From the NCBI GenBank assembly GCA_963422735.1, contig OY730476.1, positions 1,536,001 through 1,600,000 on the forward strand: a DNA stretch of 64,000 nt, read 5' to 3'. How positions within the stretch are numbered: the stretch's first letter is position 1; each line of letters opens with the position of its first letter. Under the pieces are notes generated by a model that worked only from the letters and a program-made list of their open reading frames with translations, searched no databases and was not told the DNA's origin. This stretch comes from Candidatus Latescibacterota bacterium (GTDB lineage Bacteria; Latescibacterota; UBA2968; UBA8231). Shown piece by piece: positions 28,601 through 38,302 of the stretch. The translations under genes and the position numbers were made by a program.

Positions 28601-31600
28601 GCGGTGGCGGGGAAGACGGTGCGAGCCACGGGCTTGTTGGGCCTGACGCCGGAGGAGGCGCAGATCACCCAGATAGATGCGAGCTTGGTGGCCGGGTCGT
28701 TTTTTGCCGCAGATGACGAGGCTACCTGCATCCTGCCGCTGGACATGGCCGAGGCGCTGGGCATTGGGGTTGGGGATCGGGTCGAGGTATTCGGGCGCGC
28801 ACTGGAGGTGCGAGGGATTGCCGACCCAGAGCGATTGGGTGCGCTGCGCGACCTCGACGGCGAGAGCCTGATGCCGGCCGATTTTGTCCTGTCGGGCGCG
28901 GAGGTGCTCCAGCTAGGAGCGGCGCGGGAAGTGGATATTGCCGGCGCGGAGGATCCACACGCCCTGCGCCCCTTCGTCCACCTAGAGCCGCACCACGTGG
29001 TCCTCGTGCCTTACCAAACGCTGGCCGAAGCCGGTGGGAGCTTGCACTCGGTGGCCGTGCGCTTTCCGGCGGCCACCGACGGGCAGGCGCTGGTCGAGGA
29101 CTATCTGACGCGGGTGGCGGCCACCTTGTTCGTCGGCTCGCCGGACGGGGAAGTGATGGCTCTAAGCTCGGTGGGGCTGACGGCTGTGGAAGGGCTGGGG
29201 GCACTGGCGATCCCAGCACTGGTGGCCGCACTCATTGTACTCAATGCGATGATGGGGGCGGTGTACGAACGCCTACGCGAGATCAGCATCTACTCCTCGG
29301 TGGGGCTAGCTCCCCTGCACATTGCGCTGCTGTTTGTGGCCGAAGCCTGCGTCTATGCGGTATTGGGGACGACGTTGGGGTATTTGCTGGGCCAAGGGTT
29401 GGGGCGGGTGCTGTTGGGACTGGGGCTGTTGCAGGGTCTGACCTTGAACTACTCGTCGCTGGCGGCGATTGGGGCCGCGCTGGCGGTGATGGGGGTGGTG
29501 TTGCTTTCGACGATCTATCCGGCGCGGCAGGCGGCGCGGCAGGCGGTGCCGGATGTGGTGCGGCGCTGGCGGCCAGACCCTCCCGGCGGCGACGAGTGGC
29601 TGTTTGAGTTCCCCTTCATGCTCGGCGAGGGAGAGATCGAGGGGGTGTGCGGCTTTTTGGCCAACTACTTTAGGGCCTTTGGTCAGGCGACGCTGGGAGA
29701 TTTTTACGTCGAAGATATGCAAGTTACACAAGCCGATGGCTATCGCCTCGCGTTTGCTGTGTGGCTGGCTCCTTTTGACTTGGGGGTGAGCCAAGAGGTG
29801 GTCGTGGAGTTTGTGCCAGCCGGAGGGCGGGCGCGGGCGATGGAAGTCAGGTTGCGCCGGCTAAGCGGCGAGCGCCACTACTGGCAGCGGCTCAACTTGC
29901 GATTGGTGGAGGCGCTGCGGAAGCAGATGTTGATTTGGTACGCGCTCAGGGAAACTGAGCGGGTCCAGCACGTGGAGTCGGCGCGGGCGCTGGCAGCCGA
30001 GCAGGCTGAGCAGCGCGTCGAGGAACAGTCGGCAGCGGAACCGCCGGCGTCCTTTACTTGGCGGGGGTTTGCGGTGGGGGGCCTGTTGGCCTTGGGCATC
30101 GGCATGGGGGCACCCTACGCGGTGATTATGCTGCAAGGATCGTACATGGCACTCAACAGCTCGTCGCCCGGGGCGATCTTTCTGTTTTTTGTCTTAGTGG
30201 TGTTGGTCAATACCCTACTGCGGGCACTAGGCCGCGGCCTCGCGCTGGGCCAAGCCGATTTGGTACTCATTTATGCGATGATGCTGTTGGCATCGGCGGT
30301 ACCAACGCAGGCGTTTGTCGGCTACCTGATTCCGATCATCAGCGGGCTGTACTACTATGCGACCCCGGAAAACAACTGGGGCGAGATTTTCTTTCCGCAC
30401 GTAACGCCGTGGCTGGTACCGCAGGACCGGCAGGCGATTGTCGATCTGCACGAGGGGCTGCCGCCCGGGGAGAGCATTCCGTGGGGGGCTTGGAGCGAGA
30501 CCCTGAGCTATTGGTACGTCTTCTTTTTGGTACTGAGCTTTATGATGCTCTGCATGAGTTCCATCCTGCACCGGCAGTGGTCGCAGCACGAGCGGCTGGC
30601 CTATCCCATGGTGCAACTGCCGCTTAAGATGGTAGAAGAGGGCCGGCCGGGGTTTAAGCTAGCGCCGCTTTTTAAGCAGCGGCTGTTGTGGATCGGTTTT
30701 GCGGTGCCGTTCGTCCTGCTGTCGCTCAAGGGGCTGCACTACTACTTCCCGGCGGTGCCGAAGCCGATCCAGTCGGCTGGGCAACTGGCGTGGATCGGCA
30801 AGGGGATGGAGCTGGGCTTGGATTGGGTGTACGCGTGGATCGGCTTTTTCTATTTGGTCAACCTAGACATTTCCTTTTCGATTTGGTTTTTCTACGTCCT
30901 CAACAAGGCGCAAGAGGGAATTTTCGCCTCTTTGGGCATTGCTAGCAGCGAAAAGCTGAGTCTCTACTCCTACTCGCAAACGGCGGACCTGACGCACCAA
31001 GTGATGGGTGCTTGCCTGATCTTTGTCGGCTACACCTTGTGGATGGGACGGCGGCACTTGGGGGCGGTGTGGCGCAAGGCGTGGCGCGGCGACCCCGCGG
31101 TGGATGATGCAGGGGAAATGCTTTCCTACCGGGTGGCGGTCTTTGGCTTTTTGGCTAGCCTGCTCTTGGTGGGCGTCTGGCTGTGGGCGTCCGGGGTGCC
31201 GCTGACGATTTTGCCGCTGTTTTTGCTGGTGTGCTTGATATTCTACGTATTCGTCACGCGGGCGGTGGCCACGGCCGGGCTGGCGACAGCGCGCTCGCCG
31301 ATGGTGGCGGCGTTTTTCGTCATTTCCGCTGTCGGCGCACCAGCGATTGGGGCCAAGGGGCTGACGGCCCTGACCTTTACCTACATCTGGCAGTCCGAGA
31401 TGCGGCTCTTTCCAATGATTGCCGCCGCCAATTCGCTCAAGCTGGCCGAGGCGGTGGTTGGCTCTAAAAGGCGGCTGTTTTGGGGGATGGCACTGGCGTT
31501 GGTGGTGAGTTTGGCCGCAGCGACGTGGATCATTTTTCAGGTGTGCTACGAGCACGGCGGGATCAATTTGCATCCGTTTTTTATGACCCGTCAGGCCAAT

Positions 31601-31972
31601 CGCACATTTACCGACATGGCGCGGCCGATCGTCGATCCGCTACCAGCCGACGGGCGTGGCTGGTTGTTTACCGGTATCGGCGGTCTCGTCGAGGCCGTGC
31701 TCTTATGGGGACATCATCGGTTCTACTGGTGGCCGTTGCACCCGTTGGGATTTATCGTCAGCGTGGGCTGGTTGGCTAACCAAGTGTGGTTTTCAGTGTT
31801 CATCGCGTGGGTGCTCAAACTGGGCATTGTCAAGTGGGGCGGGATGCCGCTCTACGAGCGAGCCAAGCCCTTCTTTCTAGGGCTGATTTTGGGCGAGGCG
31901 ACGGCGGCTGGATTGTGGCTGTGCATTGATGGCGTGTTGGGCCAGACCGGGCATTTTCTGTCGTATATGTGA
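25688..31972 (+). CDS. 2094-aa membrane fusion: PA plus degenerate M28-like domain, FtsX/MacB-type permease, and C-terminal multi-TM domain (DUF6785/DUF6784-like)
   Basis: Signal peptide; SRVAGYSG, AYYD, GAE..VSVAALLE; GISNMRRRPLRTGLT and VYERLREISIYSSVGLAP..FVAE (FtsX); an Ala/Glu/Gln linker; then RQW..HERLAYP.VQLP and WWPLHPLG...PFFLGLILGE. Confidence 0.8.
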   Translation: MVALIIAFLIAFAIGPVAASAGPRAVVEHLSSLGSRVAGYSGSTRAAEYVEGRLQALGWPTRRDTFAVVVPIDQGGRLEWEDESVALYAVWPNGARTSTVPPEGLRAPAIWGGDGDWSDFNGQEVAGRVVVLDFASGDAWLKAASLGAQAVVFVAADSATTQQGQSKYVRAPLDVPRFWVERAAGQRLRRRLVGGEVEVELWGRMDWQERAAHNVWAVMPGKGAEASVRGGRDETVLIHAYYDAPSVVPARAPGAEAAVSVAALLEVAARLQANPPAHTVVLAALGAHFQGRQGMVAFLNRHARRQPHYADRLAEPLDIDLFIGLDLSSHGERVVLWNNTDSYALKRFFVPFGRRFAEYAAALGRAEALANGISPIRGMDWDSYMPRGLAADGELALEAGFPSLTLATVGDARFALDLPLDTDARVAWDHVEGQAALVADLLAHALADTALLAGRERLDEALEDRLRDLRVKARTFPRRSQVPDRPVAGALVAVQVEKEERKGVRDTRYFLADNAGTVRVPGLEQGTYPLAVTALDAERGTITHVVDLSIRAQKHHGAPGLDGRLFNNVRWLHNEQIAVLFPGVGRPLYGLVEPRLLRALNKVKVISADGGEPGQYGYALDSSSIGSVGVLYGPADAATDDRVKVILDGQLLLLNSEGSHSEAEARGRGFLLAEEGFGAATLQAARDVWNLDAARLGVLAEHGIENQRLTRLHAQAAAAIAEAEAAAEQLKWDEYVAWSRKALGLETRAYPEVLATLNDVLKGVIFFLALLLPAAFFGERLVFAAADIRRQLAGFGLFLLAIWLILAQVHPAFALAEPLVVLLAFAIMAMGALVLFMVVGRFNRVMAQHQSQQTRIHAQDLSRLSASYAAFMLGISNMRRRPLRTGLTLATLTLLTFTLLSFTSFEQQIRYASFRLPHAALYPGILIRDRGWEHLTPEALDYAESHFGGRGWMGRRGWYAAEDGKGGWIGVAVAGKTVRATGLLGLTPEEAQITQIDASLVAGSFFAADDEATCILPLDMAEALGIGVGDRVEVFGRALEVRGIADPERLGALRDLDGESLMPADFVLSGAEVLQLGAAREVDIAGAEDPHALRPFVHLEPHHVVLVPYQTLAEAGGSLHSVAVRFPAATDGQALVEDYLTRVAATLFVGSPDGEVMALSSVGLTAVEGLGALAIPALVAALIVLNAMMGAVYERLREISIYSSVGLAPLHIALLFVAEACVYAVLGTTLGYLLGQGLGRVLLGLGLLQGLTLNYSSLAAIGAALAVMGVVLLSTIYPARQAARQAVPDVVRRWRPDPPGGDEWLFEFPFMLGEGEIEGVCGFLANYFRAFGQATLGDFYVEDMQVTQADGYRLAFAVWLAPFDLGVSQEVVVEFVPAGGRARAMEVRLRRLSGERHYWQRLNLRLVEALRKQMLIWYALRETERVQHVESARALAAEQAEQRVEEQSAAEPPASFTWRGFAVGGLLALGIGMGAPYAVIMLQGSYMALNSSSPGAIFLFFVLVVLVNTLLRALGRGLALGQADLVLIYAMMLLASAVPTQAFVGYLIPIISGLYYYATPENNWGEIFFPHVTPWLVPQDRQAIVDLHEGLPPGESIPWGAWSETLSYWYVFFLVLSFMMLCMSSILHRQWSQHERLAYPMVQLPLKMVEEGRPGFKLAPLFKQRLLWIGFAVPFVLLSLKGLHYYFPAVPKPIQSAGQLAWIGKGMELGLDWVYAWIGFFYLVNLDISFSIWFFYVLNKAQEGIFASLGIASSEKLSLYSYSQTADLTHQVMGACLIFVGYTLWMGRRHLGAVWRKAWRGDPAVDDAGEMLSYRVAVFGFLASLLLVGVWLWASGVPLTILPLFLLVCLIFYVFVTRAVATAGLATARSPMVAAFFVISAVGAPAIGAKGLTALTFTYIWQSEMRLFPMIAAANSLKLAEAVVGSKRRLFWGMALALVVSLAAATWIIFQVCYEHGGINLHPFFMTRQANRTFTDMARPIVDPLPADGRGWLFTGIGGLVEAVLLWGHHRFYWWPLHPLGFIVSVGWLANQVWFSVFIAWVLKLGIVKWGGMPLYERAKPFFLGLILGEATAAGLWLCIDGVLGQTGHFLSYM

Positions 31973-31982
31973 GGCGAAACTC

Positions 31983-32715
31983 TCAACAGAGCACTACATC
32001 CTCGACATCTTCGACTGGCAGAGTATCTTCGTGCAGGGGCTGCACCGTCTGTCCCCAGGCCGTCAGCACCTGTGCATTCCGCGTTAGTTCAGCGCTGCGT
32101 TGGGCCACTTGCTCGGGATTCCAACCAGCATAGAGTTGGGCGAGTAGATTTTGCCGCAGGGCAGCGCAGGCGCGAGCGCTACCTAAGTCGTTCCATTCTC
32201 CTGGGTCGTCCACCAGATTGAACAAAGCCGGCGGGGTGTCGTCGTGGTATTTGTAGAGCTTCCACGGTTCCTGCCGGATCATCCGCGAAGGAGAAGCACC
32301 GCGAGAGGGCCCTAGTTCGCTGAAAGCAGTATCGGGACGGGCGTCATCCGCATGGCCCTGTAGTTCGCGCCACAGAGAATGGCCGCCGGCCGCTTCTACG
32401 GCGGTGGGTACCCAATCGAGCAAATTGCACAGTACCGGGTTTTCTACGCCCGCCGGTACAAATCCGGGCAAACGGGCGATGAGGGGTACGTCCACCGAGC
32501 CTTCGTAGTAGTTGCTTTTCCACCAGCAGCCGTGTTCACCGGCCATCTCGCCGTGGTCGCTATTGTCGCGCAAGCCGGTCTCGTCGAGTTTGTCAAGGAG
32601 CTGGCCGATTTTGCGGTCGAAGTATTCGCACAGACCAAAATAGGCCGCTCGCGCCACGTGGATGCGCTCTTTGGGCAGAGGCTCGTCAATGAGGCGGTGC
32701 TTTTTGAAAATGTGA
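31983..32715 (-). pseudogene. Sulfatase (choline-sulfatase-like) 3' remnant with internal deletions
   Basis: ARAAYFG...D.KIG.LL, SDHGEMAGEHG.W.K..YEGS..VPLI, LFNL..DP.E..DL. The N-terminal CxPxR region is absent and the segment before SDHG is shortened. Confidence 0.8.
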
Positions 32716-32727
32716 GGAGATGTACTC

Positions 32728-32886
32728 CTAAGGTTCCTCGACGCGGAGGACTTGGTCGGCGGCGACGTCGTCGAGGGTCTGCACTTGACCGGAAGGCCAA
32801 GTGATTTCGACGCGGGCGTAGGTGGCCGTTCCCAAGCCGAAGTGCAGCCGCGGATCGTGGCTGGCTAGGTAGCTGCCGCCCGACTG
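32728..32886 (-). pseudogene. ASPIC/UnbV C-terminal domain remnant
   Basis: Manual translation QSGGSYLASHDPRLHFGLGTATYARVEITWPSGQVQTLDDVAADQVLRVEEP*, matching the tails of the two adjacent CRTAC1 proteins. No 5' part. Confidence 0.85.
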
Positions 32887-32919
32887 GCTGTATTTGGAGG
32901 TGGGACTTATTTTTTTGCG

Positions 32920-34740
32920 ATGAACAGCTACGCCTATTATCCATCCATTCTGCTCCCGACCTTGATTTTTTTTCTACTGTGCTGCGGCTGTGGCGCACCC
33001 GAGCACTCGGCCTTTTTCGTCGAGGTGGTTGCCGAGGCCAAGCTGGATTTCCGCCACACCAGCGGGGCCAGCGGCGATTACTTCCTGATTGAGACGATGG
33101 GAGCTGGCGCGGCCCTTTTCGATTACGATAACGACGGCTGGCTGGATGTGTATTTAGTGGATGGCTTCGACCTGTCGCCGTGGCGCGAGCGCTTAGTGCC
33201 GGTCAATCTCGTGGCCGGAGATTCAGCGGGGACTTGGGTCGTCAAGGGGTTCCGGCCGCCTCTGCGCTACGACGGCCGAGTGGATACTTCGGTGTTGGCG
33301 TTGCGTCAAGATCCCGGCTTAGGCCAGACGCAAAACCGCCTCTACCAGAATATCGACGGAGCCTTCCGAGAGATCACCTCCCAAACCGGGACTGGCGATC
33401 TGGGCTACGGCATGGGGGTCGCAGTCGGCGATTACGACAACGACGGTCGCGCGGACCTCTATGTGACCAACTATGGCCGCAATGCCTTCTATCACAATCA
33501 GGAGGACGGTACCTTTGCCGAGCGGGCGCAGGAAGTCGGTGTGGCCGATCCTCACTGGAGCACGAGCGCGGCCTTTTTCGACTACGACAACGATGGTGAT
33601 CTCGACCTATATGTGGCTAACTACCTCGACTTGACGCCGGACACCAACCGCTTGTGCGGCGGCGCGGTCGCTAGTGAGGGGGCCACCTTGCGCGTTCCAG
33701 CTAGCCAGCGGACCTATTGCAGCCCGAGGCGCTACAACGGCGCACCAGACGCGCTTTTTCGCAACGAGGGGGACGAGCATTTCTCTGACGTGGCGCAGGC
33801 CAGCGGGGTCTTCAGTCCCTTTGGCAAGGGACTAGGGGTAGCGGCCGCCGATTTTGACTCCGATGGATACCCCGATGTGTATGTGGCCAACGACGGCACG
33901 CGCAATTTTTTATATCGCAACCGCGGCAACGGCACGTTTGCCGAGGCCGGGCTGGTGGCTGGGGCTGCGTACAATGGCGACGGCCAAGCCGAGGCCGGCA
34001 TGGGGGTCGCGGTCGGCGATGGGGATGCCGATGGGGATGCCGACCTGTTGGTGACCAACTTTTCCCGCGAGAGCAACACGCTTTACCGCAACGAGGGCAC
34101 TGGCCGCTTTGTCGATGCGACTGAAGCAACCGGCCTGCGTGCCCCGACCTTGCTGCCTCTGGGGTTTGGCACGTTTTTTGCCGATGTCGATAACGACGCC
34201 GACTTGGATTTGTTCGTGGCCAACGGCCACGTCCTCGATCGCATCGCCTTACAGGACTCGGAGTTGAGCCACGCCCAGCCCAACCAGCTTTTTGCCAACG
34301 ATGGCCACGGCACATTCGCCGATGTGTCAGCCCGCAGCGGCCCGGCTTTTGAACTGTCTGCGGTGTCGCGCGGGGCCGCTTATGGCGATTACGACAACGA
34401 CGGCGACTTGGATGCGCTGGTGACCAACGTCGATGGCGCGGCGCGGCTGTACCGCAACGAGCTGAGGTCAGAACATCACTGGCTGTCCCTGCGGTTGGTG
34501 GGGACGCGGGTGAACCGCGACGCTGTTGGTGCACGGGTGCGGGTGTTCTATGGCGGCGCGGTACAAACGCGCCAGCGGATTGGCGGGGGCACCTATCTGT
34601 CGGCGAGCGATAGCCGATTGCACTTTGGCTTGGGCGACTGCGCGCTCGTGGAGCGGATCGAAATTACGTGGCCCGATGGCAGCGTACAAGAGCGGCGTAG
34701 CGAGCCGGTCGATCAGTTCTTAGTTGTGGAGCAGGAGTAG
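32920..34740 (+). CDS. CRTAC1-family protein (FG-GAP/VCBS repeats plus ASPIC/UnbV)
   Basis: Repeated DYDNDGxxDLYVxN motifs, and C-terminal NRDAVGARV...GGTYLS...LHFGLG...WPDG. Cys-containing signal region. Confidence 0.92.
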   Translation: MNSYAYYPSILLPTLIFFLLCCGCGAPEHSAFFVEVVAEAKLDFRHTSGASGDYFLIETMGAGAALFDYDNDGWLDVYLVDGFDLSPWRERLVPVNLVAGDSAGTWVVKGFRPPLRYDGRVDTSVLALRQDPGLGQTQNRLYQNIDGAFREITSQTGTGDLGYGMGVAVGDYDNDGRADLYVTNYGRNAFYHNQEDGTFAERAQEVGVADPHWSTSAAFFDYDNDGDLDLYVANYLDLTPDTNRLCGGAVASEGATLRVPASQRTYCSPRRYNGAPDALFRNEGDEHFSDVAQASGVFSPFGKGLGVAAADFDSDGYPDVYVANDGTRNFLYRNRGNGTFAEAGLVAGAAYNGDGQAEAGMGVAVGDGDADGDADLLVTNFSRESNTLYRNEGTGRFVDATEATGLRAPTLLPLGFGTFFADVDNDADLDLFVANGHVLDRIALQDSELSHAQPNQLFANDGHGTFADVSARSGPAFELSAVSRGAAYGDYDNDGDLDALVTNVDGAARLYRNELRSEHHWLSLRLVGTRVNRDAVGARVRVFYGGAVQTRQRIGGGTYLSASDSRLHFGLGDCALVERIEITWPDGSVQERRSEPVDQFLVVEQE

Positions 34741-36383
34741 TGGGTGCGTTGATACTGTGCGTGGTCGGGTGCCTCGTCGGAGCCGCCAGTGGGTGGAGCG
34801 AGCCGCTCGCCGCGCAGTTCGTCGATCGGGCGGCGGCCGCCGGCCTGACGCAGCGCAATGTCTCGGGCACCGACCAAAGTTACATAGTCGAGGGGATAAT
34901 GGGCGGTGCCGCCTTTTTCGATTACGACCGCGATGGGGACGTGGATTTGTACGTAGCCAACGGCTCTTCCTTTGCGGGCTTTCCCGCTGGCGCATATCCG
35001 GCCAACCAGCTCTACCGCAACGACGGAAGCCGCTTTGCCGATGTGACGGTCGCAGCAGACGTGGGCGATACGAGTTGGTCGATGGGATGCGCGGCGGCCG
35101 ATTACGACAACGATGGCCACACCGACCTCTACGTTACCAACTTTGGCCGCAATACCCTATATCGCAACCTCGGCGCGGGCCGTTTTGCCGATGTGACGGC
35201 GACGACAGGCGTGGGCGATATGGGGTGGGGCACTGGTGCAAGTTTTGGGGATTACGACCGCGATGGGGACGTGGATTTGTACGTGGCCAACTACGTGGAT
35301 TTCTCCCTCGACTACGAATCCCCGATACCCTGCCTGTGGAAGAACGTGAAGGTGTACTGCGGGCCAGTGGGCCTGCTGCCGGCTACGGACGTGTTTTACC
35401 GCAACAACGGCGACGGGACCTTTGCGGAGTACGGAGAAGAGGCTGGTTTACAAGGAGAGGCATTTTACGGCATGAGTGCCCTGTTCGGCGACTACGACAA
35501 CGACGGGTGGCCCGACCTGCTCGTGGCCGACGACTCCACGCCCAACCTGCTTTTTCGCAATCGCCAAGACGGTCGCTTCACCGAGGAGGGGCTTGTAGCC
35601 GGAGTGGCGTACAGCGGAGAAGGGGTGGCGCAAGGATGCATGGGGGTCGCTTGGGGCGATTACGACAACGACGGCCTATTCGACCTCTTCGTCACCAATT
35701 TCGCCGACGAGTATAACGCGCTGTACAGGAACGAGGGTGGGGGCTTTTTTGCTGACGTGTCTTTTACTGTAGGGATCGGGGCTGCGCCGGCCGAATTGGT
35801 CTCGTGGGGCACGGGCTTTTTCGACTACGACAACGACGGCGACCGAGATCTTTTCGTGGCCAACGGCCACACCTATCCGCAGGCCGATCTGCCAAGGGTC
35901 AACTCCAGCTACGAACAAACCAACTCGCTGTTTGAAAATAGGGACGGGCGGCTGGTGGAGGTGTCGGCCGCAGCCGGCCCGGGCTTTGCCTTGAGTCACG
36001 TTAGTCGCGGGACCAGTTTCGCCGACTACGACAGCGACGGCGACATCGACGTATTCGTCCTCAATCTCAATGGCCCGCCAACTCTGTTGCGCAACGACGG
36101 CGATCACGACAATCACTATCTGCTGGTGCGCACAGTGGGCACGGCGAGCAACCGCGACGGAATTGGTACGCGGGTGATCATTAGTGCTGGTGGGCGGAGC
36201 CATCACGCCGAAGTGCAAAGCGGGGGTAGCTATTTGTCCCACAGCGATCTGCGGCTGCACTTTGGCTTGGGCCAGGCCGAGCGCGTTGACCGACTCGAAG
36301 TGCGCTGGCCCAGCGGAGCGGTTCAGGTGCTGAACGATATTGCCGCTGACCAGGTACTGACCGTCGTCGAGCCGCGTCAATAG
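34740..36383 (+). CDS. CRTAC1-family protein (FG-GAP repeats plus ASPIC/UnbV)
   Basis: Same architecture as the upstream paralog. TAGTG stop/start overlap. Confidence 0.92.
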   Translation: MGALILCVVGCLVGAASGWSEPLAAQFVDRAAAAGLTQRNVSGTDQSYIVEGIMGGAAFFDYDRDGDVDLYVANGSSFAGFPAGAYPANQLYRNDGSRFADVTVAADVGDTSWSMGCAAADYDNDGHTDLYVTNFGRNTLYRNLGAGRFADVTATTGVGDMGWGTGASFGDYDRDGDVDLYVANYVDFSLDYESPIPCLWKNVKVYCGPVGLLPATDVFYRNNGDGTFAEYGEEAGLQGEAFYGMSALFGDYDNDGWPDLLVADDSTPNLLFRNRQDGRFTEEGLVAGVAYSGEGVAQGCMGVAWGDYDNDGLFDLFVTNFADEYNALYRNEGGGFFADVSFTVGIGAAPAELVSWGTGFFDYDNDGDRDLFVANGHTYPQADLPRVNSSYEQTNSLFENRDGRLVEVSAAAGPGFALSHVSRGTSFADYDSDGDIDVFVLNLNGPPTLLRNDGDHDNHYLLVRTVGTASNRDGIGTRVIISAGGRSHHAEVQSGGSYLSHSDLRLHFGLGQAERVDRLEVRWPSGAVQVLNDIAADQVLTVVEPRQ

Positions 36384-38299
36384 ATGACGGAAACGAGGCC
36401 TTGGTGCTGCTGTTGGCCGCGATCGGTCTCTGCGGTGAGGCGGCACGAGGTAGGTCCCCGGCGGCACGAGGCGGCCGCTGGGGGTCCATCCCACTGGACG
36501 GCAAAGCGGCCCCTGGTAGCCGGCCCGGCGTAGAAGACCCCCACCTTGCGGCCGGCGAGATCGAAGACCGCGAGCTCCACGCGAATTGCATCCATATTTG
36601 CATCCATATTATAGAGAAGGTCGTATTCGATCCGCACGGTACGTTGCGGCCGTCGCCATTGGGGGTGAAGACCGCCGGGTGCAGGGCGAAGCGGCCGATG
36701 AGCGGCTGGTCTAGGCTAAGTAAAGCCACTTGCAGACTGTTGGTTGCCTTCGGGGTCACAGGCTGGGCGACTTCAAACGGGCGAGTGTTGTCGCGGATTC
36801 GCCCTGCAAAGCGGGTGCTGTACGCGAATACCTCGGCCCGGAAATCGATCTCGATCTGTTCGCCGGTCCGCTGCTGGTCCATGCGCGGCAGCGCGACTTC
36901 AAATCCCTCGGCTGTGTGCTGCGCGATGGTGTAGGCGACATCTACCCCACCGATCCGCACAGCCTCCACGGCCTGCACCTGTGCGGTGGTAGCGATGGCT
37001 AGGTGGTCGAACCCGAGATCGTCGGCTGCGATGTGCGGCTCTAGATAGAAGGTGAAGAGGGTTGGGATCAGGGTCGGGGCCTGCAGCGGGTGAATTTGTC
37101 CGAGGACTTGGGAGGCTGGCGGCGGGATGGACGCGCTGAACTGCAAGTAAGCGAGATGGCCCGTCGCCTCGGCGGTCGAGTGGAATTCGGCCCTAAATTG
37201 CGCGTAGCGACGCAGTCGATCGCCCGGCATCGGCCCGCGACCTGCGGCAAAGGCAAAGGGCGCGCTCCAGAAGTTCCAGTCCTCGATGTCTGGGGTGAAG
37301 CCGGCCTGCTCGCCCCTTTGTAAGCGGTTGTAAGTGCGTAGGTTAAGCGGTTGACCAGCGGCGTCGAAGCGGGTGAGCTCATCGCCGCGGAACGTGCGTC
37401 GCCAATAGGGTTGGGGGCGTCGTCGCCCGTATGCGCACTCACATGCAGGCCTCGGCGTCGAGATGGCCGCCCCAAGTCAATGCGCCCAAGTCGGCCGGTT
37501 ACCCCAAGTCGATGATATCGGAGGTATAGCGCGAAAAGGCGGCTGGTCCGGCTCCGTAGATCTCGAATTCGGCGATTTCCCAGATGCCGCGATTGTTTTC
37601 GGGTAGCTCGATGAACACTTGCTGGATGGGTTCGTCGGGCAGGGCCAACTCCATGACGACTTGAGTGTTCTCGCTCACGCGGTGGACGATATCGAAGTCG
37701 AACGAGCTGTTGCGCCAGCTAGCCGCGTACTCGCGGGTGCCGTCGGCTAGAGGGTCGCCGTCGCTGGTACCCACGATGAAGTGCTCGACAAAGCGGGTCG
37801 CTGCAAAGCGCGGACGCGGATAAAAGCGCACACGATCGACAAAGAATCGCCCGCCAAAGTCGAAGACCCAGTACTTGTGCTGGGGGCCATAGCCGGCAAC
37901 GCGAAGATAGTGTCCATCCCCCAGATAGGCGGTTTCCGGGTCGCCATCGAAGATCAGGACGTCGTCTTCGTACCACTGCCGCCAGCCATTCCACTCTATG
38001 ACGAGGATGCGGCCACCAAGGGACTCCACGAGTGGTGCTAAGTTGACCGAGGGAGTTAGCGGCAACGGGCCGATGCGTTCTGGCTGCAGCGCGATTCATT
38101 GGGCCTGGCCGTGCCGCTTGGGATCAACGGCTTCCCAAGATAGCTGCACGAACTCGTACTCGGCTTTCAGCGTCGGTTTGGGCAGGTCGGCCCCGCCGAT
38201 GCGATAGATGGTGAGCGCGTGAGACGGGAAGGCCACCGCAAGGTAGCAGGCCGCCCAGTAGAAGATGCGTTGATACGGCACAGGACTACGGAGCCTCAT
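36377..38299 (-). pseudogene. Multiply frameshifted paralog of the secreted FlgD-like-CTD protein at 52475-54400
   Basis: Fragments in different frames align with 52475: LTIYRIGGADLP..YEFVQLSW..VDPKRHG; FDFGGRFF..RVRFYPR; WEIAEFEIYG; DDLGFD.LAI; FTPNGDG; FDLAGRKVG. Confidence 0.85.
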
Positions 38300-38302
38300 G
38301 TG

